Shown: in pieces, positions 1 to 10,144 of the stretch
Position numbering within the stretch: position 1 is the first letter of the stretch
Layout of the letters: every line of letters starts with the position of its first letter
Notes under the pieces: model-generated
Databases searched by the model: none
What the model was told of the DNA's origin: nothing
What the model saw: only the letters and a program-made list of their open reading frames with translations
Translations under genes and position numbers: made by a program
NCBI GenBank assembly: GCA_963767735.1
Contig: CAVYES010000003.1
Span: forward strand, 66,986 to 130,985
DNA: 64,000 nucleotides
Source: Candidatus Bathyarchaeota archaeon
GTDB lineage: Archaea > Thermoproteota > Bathyarchaeia > Bathyarchaeales > Bathycorpusculaceae
Direction: 5' to 3'

Positions 1-2
1 AC

Positions 3-590
3 CGACCAGTCGGCTATGAACCAGTCAACTGGCAACCCGCAGGCAGCATCTTCCATGTCCAAGTCAAAAACGACGAACTGGAGGTTCATGGCGTTAGGCA
101 GAAGCCGCGTGAAACCGTCCGCGTAATCTTCGACAGCGTCTACATGGTTTCGGCGCTTAACCTTTCAGATTCAGGTGATTTTCTTTTGCACGCAAGCGAA
201 AACGACATGCACCGTGCGATTCTTCTGAAGCCTGAACTGCTCGAAGCGGGATTCAAGCCAATTAGCTGGGAGAAAAAAGTTGAGCCGGGCTTCGTGGACA
301 TCTACGGTGAAGACAAAAACGGCAAACTCGTCATAGTTGAAGTTAAACGCAAAACCGCATCAAAAGAGGCCGCGTTGCAGTTGGCAAAATACGTTGAACC
401 AATCAAAGCTAAAGTTAACCGTGAAGTCCGCGGCGTGCTGGTTGCTCCCAGCCTCGGCAAGGACGTGCAGAGAATGCTTGTCACGCTTGGATTGGAATAT
501 AAGGCGTTGGACCCCAAAACCTGCGCTGAGGTCCTTAAGAAGACAGAAAACAAAAAGCTGGAAACGTTCTTCAACAAAAAGGAACAGTAA
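3..590 (+). CDS. nucS: Mismatch-specific endonuclease NucS/EndoMS, 5' end cut off by the window edge
   Basis: Frame is open from position 3 (RPVGYEPVNWQPAG). RecB-like nuclease motifs GFVDIYGED...IVEVKR...QLAKY and RGVLVAP are present. Confidence 0.9.
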   Translation, partial: RPVGYEPVNWQPAGSIFHVQVKNDELEVHGVRQKPRETVRVIFDSVYMVSALNLSDSGDFLLHASENDMHRAILLKPELLEAGFKPISWEKKVEPGFVDIYGEDKNGKLVIVEVKRKTASKEAALQLAKYVEPIKAKVNREVRGVLVAPSLGKDVQRMLVTLGLEYKALDPKTCAEVLKKTENKKLETFFNKKEQ

Positions 591-831
591 TTTGACCCAA
601 CGACGAGTGAATTTGCTATCGAAAATTAGCGGCTAAATGAGAGCGGAGGGTGAGTAGTTTTTGGCTATTAAAATATTTTATAAAGTGATGCGCGCTTGAT
701 TGGCGCACTATTGAATGAAAAACAAGTCAAAAATGCAGGTATCCTCTCCCGTAGGGAAAGTTTCAAAAACAATCTTTGTAATGCTTGCTACTGAAGCATC
801 TTTTTTAAAAAGTGAGTAAGAAAAAATGAAA

Positions 832-1395
832 TTATTCTTTGGGCTTGTTGTTTTCTGGGACGAATACGGCTGCCGCGACGGTTGTTGTCCATAAGCCGTT
901 TTTGTCTCCTGCTGCCGACTGGGTTATGTTGGCTGTTTTGATGATTAGCCCAGTGGTTTTAAAGAGTTGTTTGCGTTCGTCCCACGCGGTTTCGGGGTCA
1001 AATTGGATGCCCATGGTTGTCGCAAGCATTGTTGCTGCTAGGTCTTCTGCGTAGTCGCCTGCTGACTCGTCTGTTTGACCGTAAGAGTGGTGTTCGGAGA
1101 GATAGCCATATTGGTCTTTGCCTGAGGGGATAGCTATGCCGATGGATGATGCGACAAGTCTATGCGGCTCATTGGTGGAGTTGCGGGCGATGACGACAAA
1201 GGTGATTTCGCCAGGCTGCACCATCTTTAAGCCTTTTTCTCGCGTGAGCATTTCACATCCGGGCGGTACAATGCTTGAAACGCTAACCAAATTGCACATC
1301 TGTATGCCTGCGTCTCTTAGGGCTAATTCAAAAGATTGGAGTTGCTCTTTATGTTTGCCAACTCCTTTAGTAAGAAAGAAGGATTTGGGTATCAT
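832..1395 (-). CDS. pdaD: Pyruvoyl-dependent arginine decarboxylase
   Basis: [35 protein letters not shown] (self-cleavage Ser-Ser) and YGYLSEHH. An alternative in-frame ATG lies at 1428. Confidence 0.9.
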   Translation of the reverse strand: MIPKSFFLTKGVGKHKEQLQSFELALRDAGIQMCNLVSVSSIVPPGCEMLTREKGLKMVQPGEITFVVIARNSTNEPHRLVASSIGIAIPSGKDQYGYLSEHHSYGQTDESAGDYAEDLAATMLATTMGIQFDPETAWDERKQLFKTTGLIIKTANITQSAAGDKNGLWTTTVAAAVFVPENNKPKE

Positions 1396-1696
1396 GTTAG
1401 TGTCGGAAAATAGGATTGCAGAATGCATTAATTAGGCTTTTGTTTCAAAACCAAGGTGACGATATCTCCTCTGTTCGCATTTTTATTTTTTCTATTTCGT
1501 TTCCACCCTTCCAAGCGGAGCCTCCTTGTTTTTATACGTCTCGCAAAGAAAAATAGGTTGAATTGGCTCGAGCTATCTTCGTTATGGAATTCTGAATGAT
1601 AATGCGGCCCGCCCTGTGCCTGAAATTTTAGTTGCAGCTTCAAATAGTTCAAAACATCAAAATATAAATAAAAATTGGGATTGTTGACCCTTGCAT

Positions 1697-2149
1697 CTAA
1701 ACGTGGGTGACTGACATTTCTTTTACGCGAGTCTCGATGAATTCAGCTACTTTTAGTTCGGTGAATTCTTTTTCGTCCTCCTGTAACTTTATTTGTTCTT
1801 TTACTGTGTTTAGGAGTTTTTCGATATCGACAGGTTTAATCATGTAGGCGTCAGCGTTTTTGTTTAAAGCGGTAATGGCGTTCTGCATTGACGGGTAGCC
1901 TGTCACCATTATTTTTCGGGTTCTTGGCACAGCGTCTTTCATCAGCTTCAAAAGTTCCACTCCTTCCATATCAGGCAGTCGAATGTCTAAGAGCGCTACA
2001 TTGTATGCTGTCTCTTCTGTTTTTTTGATTGCTTCCCTTCCGGTTGCTGCTATGTCCACTTTGTAACCTTCGTCCTCAAGGATTGCTTTCATAGTTCTCG
2101 TTATGCTTTCGTCGTCGTCGACAACAAGGATTCTGGCATGTTTATCCAT
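1697..2149 (-). CDS. Response regulator (receiver domain with short C-terminal helix)
   Basis: ILVVDDD, LLDIRLPDMEG (phospho-Asp), MVTG and YMIKP. Overlaps the 3' end of the upstream kinase. Confidence 0.93.
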   Translation of the reverse strand: MDKHARILVVDDDESITRTMKAILEDEGYKVDIAATGREAIKKTEETAYNVALLDIRLPDMEGVELLKLMKDAVPRTRKIMVTGYPSMQNAITALNKNADAYMIKPVDIEKLLNTVKEQIKLQEDEKEFTELKVAEFIETRVKEMSVTHV

Positions 2150-5100
2150 GTTTGTTCACCTCCAACCTCAGATTTAGATTTAATCGGCAAAATTATTGTG
2201 AACGTTGTTCCCTTGTTCACTTCAGTTTTCACCGCTATCTTGCCCCCATGCGAGTCTACAATACGTTTACATATAGCTAAGCCAAAGCCCATGCCCTGCG
2301 CCTTAGTCGTGACCAGTGGAGCGAAAATCTTTGGCAACACCTCATCAGGTATGCCTATGCCCGTGTCGGCGAAGGCAATTTCCACGTTTTCTCCTATCTG
2401 GCAGCTTCTGATTTCAAGTGTTCCCTTTTCAGGCATGGCGTCTATCGCATTCTTGATGAGGTTTATGAAAACGCGCATCATCTTGTCAGCGTCAACCCTA
2501 ACCCAAGTCTCCTCGAGAACGTGGTTTACGATTTGTATTCTGTCTGGAACCTGAATCATCTGGATTGCCTCGTTCAAAAGTGCAGACGTCTCGGTTTCTG
2601 TCAGTTCCAGTTGCATCTGTCTTGAGTAGTCTAGGAGGTCGTTGATGATCTTGTTTGAGTGAGCGATGGCTTTATCGATGATTTCAAGCATTTCTTTAGC
2701 TTGACCTTCGGGGCATGTGGCCCCCTTCTTCTTTAAGTAGTAAGCAGCGTTTTTGATGCCTGTCAACGGATTACGCAAGTCGTGACCGACCATTCCTGCT
2801 AACTCGCCGATAGCCGCCAACCGTTCAGACTTGACAAGCTGAGCCTGAGCATGCTCCAACTGCTCAGTTCTTTCTTTAACCAATCTTTCAAGATGCGTAG
2901 AATATTGTTCAAGTTTTTCTTTCAGTTTCTTGCTTTCTGTAATATCGGTTTCTATGCCGAGAATTGCCGGTTCTCCGTTGTAATCGATTACTTTTGTAGA
3001 GTTGATTACGTCTTTAGTTTTTCCCTTCTTTGAGATCAGCCTGTACTCATATGGAGGGACCTCTTCACCTTTCAGGTGTTTTATGAATATTGACTTCACC
3101 GACTCTTTAGATTCTGGTGCAATTAAGTTCATAAAGTTGAACTTTGGCGAGTAGAATTCTTCCTTCGTGTATCCTGTTGCTTTCTCGGCTTCTGTGTTGG
3201 CGTAGACGACTTTTCCTTTCTGATTAATGAAAATAATGTTTGGCGATTGCTCGGCAAGATTGCGGAACTTCTCTTCCGAGCTTCTAAGAAAGTTTTCAGT
3301 TCTCTTGCGTTCGGTGATGTCAGTTGCGTAAATATTTACGTAGCCTGCCGCGGTGACTGGCGCAAACAAGAGCGAAAATATCTTAGCTTCACAACTCTTT
3401 GCTCCAAACGTTTCTTCAACCTCAACCCTCCTATCCAATGCCAAGGCATTGATTGCATCTCGGATTATGTGTTCAGGGGCACGTTCGCCGACCATGCTTT
3501 TCCATGCAGTCAGCAAAGAGTCTCCGGCTTGGTTGCAATAAAGAATTGTGCCTTTTTCGTCTATGCGAAATATCGGATTAGGATTCTCGGAAGGAAACTT
3601 GGCTAGGTTTTCAATTTCGCGCTCTTGCTGCTTGCGTTCGGTTATTGGTATCACGAGCTCTAATGCGGCTGTTATGTTTCCATCTTTGTCCTTGATTGGC
3701 GTGGCGATAAGCTGTGTCCAGACGGTTACGCCTTTTTCTCGGTCGAAAACCATGAACTCGCGAGAGTCAGATTCTTTGCCCTCGAAAACCTTTTTTACTC
3801 CGCATTCAGGGCAAACTGTGTCTAAGTAGTTGTAGGTGGCGTAGCACCTTCTGCCTTCTAGGTCTGGTATGCCTCTCAACTGTTTCATGACTTTGTTGGT
3901 CCACAGAATGCGGTAGTCTTTGCTGGTTATGGTGAGTCCAACGCCTATGCTTTCAGTTATAGTTTCCAGTTTTTCGGTTTCTTGTCTCAGTTCGCTCTCC
4001 ATTTTTTTGCGTAGAGTGATGTCTGAGACTAGGGCAAGAGTGCCTAAGCAGCTTCCTTCGTCATCTTTGATCTGAGCGAGGGCAATACTTGTGTTAACGA
4101 GGGAGCCGTCTTTGCACATGAATTCATGTTCAAAGTTTCCCTTCATCCCTTGCTTGAACTGTAACAGATACTTGGCGGTTTTTTCAAGGTCAGTCTTGAT
4201 TAGAAAATCGAATATGCTTTTGCCAATCATTTCGCTTTCTGTGTATCCTAACATTTGCGCCATGTGAGGGTTGACAAATACCGTGTTGAAATCGTTGTCT
4301 ACAGCCCATATACCCTCCTGCGCAAGCTCAACTAGTTGACGATATCCTGCCTCGCTTTCCATCAGAGCTTTTTGCACTTTTCTGCTTTCAGTAATATCAT
4401 GGAAAACGCAGTAGAGGAACTTTTTGCCCGCTAATTCAACTGTTCTGGTGTTTACTAGAACATCTCTGATTTCGCCGTTTTTGGTGCTATGCTTGGTCTC
4501 GAATTCGCCTCCTCCCTCCTTCACCATTGTGGCTACGTGCTTGCTTATTTCGTCAAATGTCTCTTTTGCTTCAAAATCTGGAATGCATAGTTTTGAAAAC
4601 TCTTCTCGGGAATAGCCTAGTTGGGTGTGGGCTACTTCATTGAACTCGACAGGCTTTTTGGCTTGAGGGTCGATAACCAAGACACCTAAAGGTGCCTGAT
4701 TAAACAAAGCGCGGTAACGTTTCTCAGCTTCTTGCAGCTTCTGCTCGGCTTGTTTTCTCTTGGTGATATCTCGTGCTGCTGCAAAAACTCCCTGCACCCC
4801 GCCCATCTCGTTCCTGTAAACGGTAGCATTGTATAAAACGTCTATAATTTTTCCAGATTTGTGCCTAATCGCTAGCGGATAATCTTTTACCAAGCCTTCC
4901 GTGAAAACTTTTTGGTATCCTGACCTTGCCTCTTCAGGATCGGCAAAATAATCGGAGAAGTCGCTTCCAATTAACTTATCACGAGGTAGTCCAGTAGCAA
5001 CTTCCGTAGATTTGTTAACGTCAGTGATTTTTCCATCTACACTAATAGTAACTATAGGGTCAACGCTTGCTTCAATCAAGCTTCTTGCGTAGAGCGAGGC

Positions 5101-5892
5101 AGCGAGAAGTTTTTTCTCAGATTCGCGAAGTGCTTCCTCAGCTTTCTTGCGTTCTGTAACGTCTCTTATTATCGTTTGATAACCAACAACTTTACCGTTT
5201 AGCCATATGGGGTTGCTGTTGTACTCCACACTTCTTTTCCCGATTGGTGTCACCATATCGATTTCGTTATGAGTTGGTTTTCCGGCGGCGATTTTCTTTA
5301 GCCCCATGAGCATTTTTTCAGTGTATTCCTCTGGAACCAGCTTGAATACGCTGTTCCCCACAATTTCTTTTTCTTTAAAACCGAATTTAACGATGGCTTT
5401 ATTTACTGAAAGTATTTTTCCAGCCAAATCAAACGTAACAATAACGTCAGGTGCGTTTTCGAAAAGATTCTTGTACTTTTCTTCTGAAAGTCTAATTCTC
5501 TCTTCACTTTTCTTTTTTTGCTCTGAGATGTCGTGTAAGACAACCAAATCAACGTTTTTGTTTGCATACCAGATTTTTTTCCCTTTTACCTCAAAAAACT
5601 TGATTTCGCCGTTTTTGGCAGTTGCTTCAATCTCGTAGCATGCTGCATCAAGACCATTCATTCTTTTCTCAAAGTTTTCTAAAAGAATGCCTTTGTTTTC
5701 TTGGTCAAGGAACCCTAAATTCATCGCGTTTTTTCCAACAAGTTCTTGTTCATCATAGCCTAGGACTTGACTCATGGCTTGGTTGACTGCCAAGCATATA
5801 CCTTCTTCATCCACAACCCACACGGGATCGGCGATTAGATTCGACAGAACACCGAAATTTTCAAGTTTTCTGTTCTTGTTTTTCTCCAGCAT
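2101..5892 (-). CDS. Cytoplasmic multi-PAS sensor histidine kinase (about 8 PAS/PAC modules, HisKA, HATPase)
   Basis: Repeated D(I/V)TERK PAC ends. H-box VGHDLRNPL, N-box NLIKNAIDAM, DTGIG, GMGFGL. No transmembrane segment seen. Confidence 0.95.
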   Translation of the reverse strand: MLEKNKNRKLENFGVLSNLIADPVWVVDEEGICLAVNQAMSQVLGYDEQELVGKNAMNLGFLDQENKGILLENFEKRMNGLDAACYEIEATAKNGEIKFFEVKGKKIWYANKNVDLVVLHDISEQKKKSEERIRLSEEKYKNLFENAPDVIVTFDLAGKILSVNKAIVKFGFKEKEIVGNSVFKLVPEEYTEKMLMGLKKIAAGKPTHNEIDMVTPIGKRSVEYNSNPIWLNGKVVGYQTIIRDVTERKKAEEALRESEKKLLAASLYARSLIEASVDPIVTISVDGKITDVNKSTEVATGLPRDKLIGSDFSDYFADPEEARSGYQKVFTEGLVKDYPLAIRHKSGKIIDVLYNATVYRNEMGGVQGVFAAARDITKRKQAEQKLQEAEKRYRALFNQAPLGVLVIDPQAKKPVEFNEVAHTQLGYSREEFSKLCIPDFEAKETFDEISKHVATMVKEGGGEFETKHSTKNGEIRDVLVNTRTVELAGKKFLYCVFHDITESRKVQKALMESEAGYRQLVELAQEGIWAVDNDFNTVFVNPHMAQMLGYTESEMIGKSIFDFLIKTDLEKTAKYLLQFKQGMKGNFEHEFMCKDGSLVNTSIALAQIKDDEGSCLGTLALVSDITLRKKMESELRQETEKLETITESIGVGLTITSKDYRILWTNKVMKQLRGIPDLEGRRCYATYNYLDTVCPECGVKKVFEGKESDSREFMVFDREKGVTVWTQLIATPIKDKDGNITAALELVIPITERKQQEREIENLAKFPSENPNPIFRIDEKGTILYCNQAGDSLLTAWKSMVGERAPEHIIRDAINALALDRRVEVEETFGAKSCEAKIFSLLFAPVTAAGYVNIYATDITERKRTENFLRSSEEKFRNLAEQSPNIIFINQKGKVVYANTEAEKATGYTKEEFYSPKFNFMNLIAPESKESVKSIFIKHLKGEEVPPYEYRLISKKGKTKDVINSTKVIDYNGEPAILGIETDITESKKLKEKLEQYSTHLERLVKERTEQLEHAQAQLVKSERLAAIGELAGMVGHDLRNPLTGIKNAAYYLKKKGATCPEGQAKEMLEIIDKAIAHSNKIINDLLDYSRQMQLELTETETSALLNEAIQMIQVPDRIQIVNHVLEETWVRVDADKMMRVFINLIKNAIDAMPEKGTLEIRSCQIGENVEIAFADTGIGIPDEVLPKIFAPLVTTKAQGMGFGLAICKRIVDSHGGKIAVKTEVNKGTTFTIILPIKSKSEVGGEQTWINMPESLLSTTTKA
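3515..3641 (-). repeat. 127-bp inverted repeat, copy 1, inside kinase 1
   Basis: Reverse complement matches 7740-7866 with 2 synonymous mismatches. Weaker similarity continues to about 3305 (partner about 8060). Confidence 0.95.
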
Positions 5893-6271
5893 CTACCAAA
5901 ACCTCTATTTTTCCGATTTTTTCTGTTTCTGTATCTTTATAGCAAAGCTTCATCCGCTCAACAGATTTTGTGAAAGTCACGCCTTGGGCAAGCCAACTTG
6001 GGCCGTCCAATTTGCATGCGTTCCCGACTTTTGCTTGCAGATTTTTCACGAACAGATTTTCAAGGTGCCGCGCTCCCAAACCGAAAATCCGCTGTAGCGC
6101 GTTCGAGAAACCATCCAGTTTACTTGGTATTTCCTGTTTTCTAATGTTGAAGATGCCTTCGAGGTGAATATAAATTGAAGCCTTACCCGCTTCGCCGAGA
6201 CCTGATAATCCTTCGTCAATAGCTTCCAGTAGAAGTTCATCAAAATTCTTAGGCTGACTCAGTTTTGCCAA
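5861..6271 (-). CDS. NitrOD5/DUF3227-like archaeal signalling output-domain protein
   Basis: LLLEAIDEGLSGLG...IYIHLE...IPSKLDGFSNALQRIFGLGARHLE pattern. Overlaps the kinase start. Confidence 0.7.
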   Translation of the reverse strand: MAKLSQPKNFDELLLEAIDEGLSGLGEAGKASIYIHLEGIFNIRKQEIPSKLDGFSNALQRIFGLGARHLENLFVKNLQAKVGNACKLDGPSWLAQGVTFTKSVERMKLCYKDTETEKIGKIEVLVDAGEKQEQKT

Positions 6272-6589
6272 CTGACTTTATTCCTCTCTTTACTTCAACT
6301 CGGCGTTTATTTTTGAAAACGTGGTTTAACTAAGCCAAAAACATAATAAAGCGTTATGAACTGGCAATATGAATCAGAAATAAGGTTCGGCCAAATAACT
6401 CGTGAAGCGGATATTTTGATTAGGAGAGTAGATTTGGCATTTGCCTCGGAACCGTTTACTTCTCAATTGCTTAGTTCTGCACCAGAATAGAAACCATAAA
6501 GTTTGAGAAATTTCCCTTGATATTTATTGGAGTTTTTTACTGCTCTGAAACTTGAATATCCTTAAATGGTTGACTTGTGAAATTTAGTT

Positions 6590-9500
6590 ATGGCAAGCGA
6601 CGTTTTGGCAAGCGGATGGGCAAAGGTTCTAGGCGGCGACCGCAAACAGTTTGACATGTTTTTTGATAAGATGCTGGACGGCTTTGCTTATCACAAAATT
6701 GTTGTTGACAAGGCGGGTAAGCCCGTTGACTACGTTTTTCTTGAGGTTAACCGTGCCTTTGAAAGAATGACAGGGCTCAAGAGAGAACGCATTATTGGCA
6801 AGAGAGTTACGGAGGCTATCTCCGGTAATGAGGAGGATGTTGCCGATTGGATAGGTGTTTATGGACGGGTTGCTTTAACGGGTGAGCCGGTTCACTTTGA
6901 AACTTATTCAGAGCCTGTGGATAAATGGTTGAGGATAGAGGCTTATTGTCCAGAGAAGGGTCATTTCGTCGCTTTATACGAGGATATTACCGAACGCAAG
7001 AAAGCTGAAGCGCAAATTCTAGAGCAGTTGCACATGCTTGATTTGGCTCATGTTATAGTCAAAAACATGAATGATGAAATTATTTTCTGGAATTCAGGCA
7101 CCGAGAGATTGTACGGTTTCTCAAAGGAAGAGGCATTAGGAAAAATACCGCGCGACTTGCTTAAGACGAAGTTTCCCATACCAATTGAGCAAATCATAGA
7201 GGCGCTCTTGCATACAGGAAAATGGGAAGGCGAACTAGTTCATCAAAAAGCCGACGGAAGCAAAATTTTCGTTGCGAGCCACTGGGTACTGCACAGAGAC
7301 AATAACGGCAAGCCGGTAGCCATTATTGAAGTCAACAACGACATCACTGAACGCATAGCGGCAGAAAACGCTCTTAAGGCAAGTGAGCAGCGCTGGGCAA
7401 CAACCTTGGCAAGCATCGGCGACGCGGTTATCGCCACCGATGTATCGGGAAAAGTCACATTCATGAACAGCGAGGCGGAGGAACTAACTGGTTGGACACT
7501 GAGTGAAGCTTCGCAAAAACCAGTGAAATACGTGTTCAACATAGTCAATGAGCAGACCCGTTTGGAGGTTGAAAACCCAATAGAGAAGGTTCTCAAAGAG
7601 GGCATGGTTGTTGGCTTGGCTAACCATACTGTCCTTATTCAGAAAGACGGCTCAGAAGTTCCAGTAGACGACAGCGGAGCACCCATAAAAGATAAAGACG
7701 GCAAAACCACAGGCGTCGTCCTTGTGTTCCGCGACATCGCCGAACGCAAGCAGCAAGAGCGCGAAATTGAAAACCTAGCCAAGTTTCCCTCTGAGAATCC
7801 TAATCCGATATTTCGCATAGACGAAAAAGGCACAATTCTTTATTGCAACCAAGCCGGAGACTCTTTTTTGGCTGCGTGGAATAGCAAGGTTGGCGAATGT
7901 GCGCCTGAACACATAAGCCAGGTTGTCAACGATGCCTTGACTTTCGATAAGAGGGTTGAGGTTGAAGAATTATTTGGAGCTAAGACCTTTTTGTTCTCCT
8001 TTGCCCCTGTCACCCTGGAATGCTACGTGAATATTTATGCAATTGACATCACCGAACGCAAAAAAGCCGATGAGGCATTAAGGAAAAGCGAGGAAGAATA
8101 CCGTTCTCTTTTCGTTAACATGATTGATGGTTTCGCTTACTGCAAAATGATATTTGATGAAAATAACAAGCCTGTTGACTTTGTTTATCTTCAAATTAAT
8201 GATTCCTTCGAAAGAATAACTGGGCTGAAAAGGGAAAACGTGGTAGGCAGAAAAGTTACGGAAGCTATACCTGGAACTAAAGAAGCTAATCCGGAACTGT
8301 TTGAAATCTACGGAAGAGTCGCCCTTACCTGTAAGAAAGAAAAGTTTGAAATATTTTTCAAGCCCCTAAGCATGTGGCTTTCGGTTTCTGTGTATTGCCC
8401 AATGAAAGGGTATTTCGCAGCTATATTTGAGGACATCACTGAGCGCAAGCAAAGTGAAGAAGCGTTACGTAAACTTAACCGTCACCTGAAAGCCGTGAGC
8501 AACAGCAACCAAGCTCTGATGCGTGCAGCTGACGAGTCAAAATTCACGCAGGAAGTCTGCAATATAATCATCAACAATTGCGGCTACGCGCTGGTTTGGG
8601 TTGGCTTCGCGGAACACGACCAAGATAAAACTGTGCGCCCAGTGGCTTTTGCTGGTTTCGACAAAGGCTACATTGATGCCCTGAACGTCTCTTGGAACGT
8701 GAACTCGAAAAGCGGTCGTGGACCCACGGGCACGGTAATCCGTACGGGAAAACCTTACATTTGTAAGAACATGCAAATCGACCCTAACTTTGAGCCTTGG
8801 CGACCGGAAGCTCTCAAAAGAGGCTACACCGCTTCCCTTGTTCTTCCCTTAACTTCAGTTGAAGGCGGCACGTTCGGCGCATTAAACATATACAGTAAAG
8901 AATCAAACCCATTCACAGATGAAGAAGTGAAGCTTCTAACGGAACTTGCAAATGACTTCTCATATGGCATCGAAATGTTGAGGCTACGCAAGAGAAGAGA
9001 GCAGGATGATGCAACATTGCGAAAGCAAGCTTCACTTATCGACCTTAGTCCAGACGCCATAATTGTAAGGACGTTTGACGGAACGATTACTTTCTGGAGT
9101 AAAGGCGCAGAGAAACTGTACGGTTGGACAAAAGAGGAAGCAATCGGAAAAGATATCAACCGCCTATTAATGACCGAATACCCGCATCCAATCGATGAGA
9201 TTCTTAAAAAGCTAAGGCTGGAAGGAAAATGGTCAGGCGAAATCGTCCACACATGCGAAAGCGGAACTAAGTTGGTTGTACAAAGTTATTGGTTGCCGAA
9301 ATTTGGCTCAGACGGTAAAATAGTGGAAATGTTAGAGTCGAATGTGGATGTTACCGAACGGACACAGCTGCAGATTAAGCTTGAAGAGTCAGCTGTCTTG
9401 GTTGAAGAATACGCCAATCAAATGGAGCAGCTTGCTAATCAAAGAGCAGAACAGTTGAAAAGTGCAGAGCGTTTAGCTGCCATAGGAGCCACTGCTGGTA

Positions 9501-10144
9501 TGGTTGGGCATGATATTCGTAATCCACTGCAGGCTATAACTGGCGATGTCTACTTGGCTAAAACCGACTTAGCTTCGATTCCTGAAAGCGATGAGAAAAA
9601 CAGTGCATTAGAATGTCTTCAAGAGATTGAAAAGAACGTTGATTACATCAACAAGATTGTGTCTGACCTTCAGGACTACACTAGAACTCTTAAGCCGGTA
9701 GTTCGGGAAACTGACCTTCAAGAGCTGATGGATGAACTTCTTGCGAAAAACGGGATTCCAGAAAACATCCAAGTCCAAGTCAAGGTGCAGAAAGAAGCTG
9801 GCGTAATAATGGCTGATCCAGACATTTTGAAGCGTATTTTTGGCAACTTGGTAATTAACGCGGTTCAGGCTATGCCAAAAGGCGGAAAACTAACCATAGA
9901 CGCCTACAAGGAAGCAAAAGACTCAATCATAACAGTTGAGGACACGGGTGTGGGTATTCCTGAGGAAGCAAAAGACAAGCTGTTCACGCCCCTGTTTACC
10001 ACGAAGTCTAAGGGGCAAGGATTCGGATTAGCTGTGGTTAAACGTATGACTGAAGCGTTAGGCGGCACCGTAAGCTTTGAAAGCGAACAGGGCAAAGGCA
10101 CTACATTCATAATACGTTTAACCCCGCAAAATGTTAAACGCTAA
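6590..10144 (+). CDS. Multi-PAS/GAF sensor histidine kinase
   Basis: Several PAS/PAC modules, a GAF domain (GYALVWVG...GALNIYS), H-box VGHDIRNPL, NLVINAVQAM, DTGVG and GQGFGL. Confidence 0.95.
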   Translation: MASDVLASGWAKVLGGDRKQFDMFFDKMLDGFAYHKIVVDKAGKPVDYVFLEVNRAFERMTGLKRERIIGKRVTEAISGNEEDVADWIGVYGRVALTGEPVHFETYSEPVDKWLRIEAYCPEKGHFVALYEDITERKKAEAQILEQLHMLDLAHVIVKNMNDEIIFWNSGTERLYGFSKEEALGKIPRDLLKTKFPIPIEQIIEALLHTGKWEGELVHQKADGSKIFVASHWVLHRDNNGKPVAIIEVNNDITERIAAENALKASEQRWATTLASIGDAVIATDVSGKVTFMNSEAEELTGWTLSEASQKPVKYVFNIVNEQTRLEVENPIEKVLKEGMVVGLANHTVLIQKDGSEVPVDDSGAPIKDKDGKTTGVVLVFRDIAERKQQEREIENLAKFPSENPNPIFRIDEKGTILYCNQAGDSFLAAWNSKVGECAPEHISQVVNDALTFDKRVEVEELFGAKTFLFSFAPVTLECYVNIYAIDITERKKADEALRKSEEEYRSLFVNMIDGFAYCKMIFDENNKPVDFVYLQINDSFERITGLKRENVVGRKVTEAIPGTKEANPELFEIYGRVALTCKKEKFEIFFKPLSMWLSVSVYCPMKGYFAAIFEDITERKQSEEALRKLNRHLKAVSNSNQALMRAADESKFTQEVCNIIINNCGYALVWVGFAEHDQDKTVRPVAFAGFDKGYIDALNVSWNVNSKSGRGPTGTVIRTGKPYICKNMQIDPNFEPWRPEALKRGYTASLVLPLTSVEGGTFGALNIYSKESNPFTDEEVKLLTELANDFSYGIEMLRLRKRREQDDATLRKQASLIDLSPDAIIVRTFDGTITFWSKGAEKLYGWTKEEAIGKDINRLLMTEYPHPIDEILKKLRLEGKWSGEIVHTCESGTKLVVQSYWLPKFGSDGKIVEMLESNVDVTERTQLQIKLEESAVLVEEYANQMEQLANQRAEQLKSAERLAAIGATAGMVGHDIRNPLQAITGDVYLAKTDLASIPESDEKNSALECLQEIEKNVDYINKIVSDLQDYTRTLKPVVRETDLQELMDELLAKNGIPENIQVQVKVQKEAGVIMADPDILKRIFGNLVINAVQAMPKGGKLTIDAYKEAKDSIITVEDTGVGIPEEAKDKLFTPLFTTKSKGQGFGLAVVKRMTEALGGTVSFESEQGKGTTFIIRLTPQNVKR
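7740..7866 (+). repeat. 127-bp inverted repeat, copy 2, inside kinase 2
   Basis: Encodes ERKQQEREIENLAKFPSENPNPIFRIDEKGTILYCNQAGDS, identical to the peptide in kinase 1. Confidence 0.95.

Noticed and set aside
3548-7833. Two ORFs starting MPFSSMRNIGLGFSEGNLARF (3548+ and 7833-)
   Set aside because: Both are antisense readings of the shared PAS repeat, not genes.
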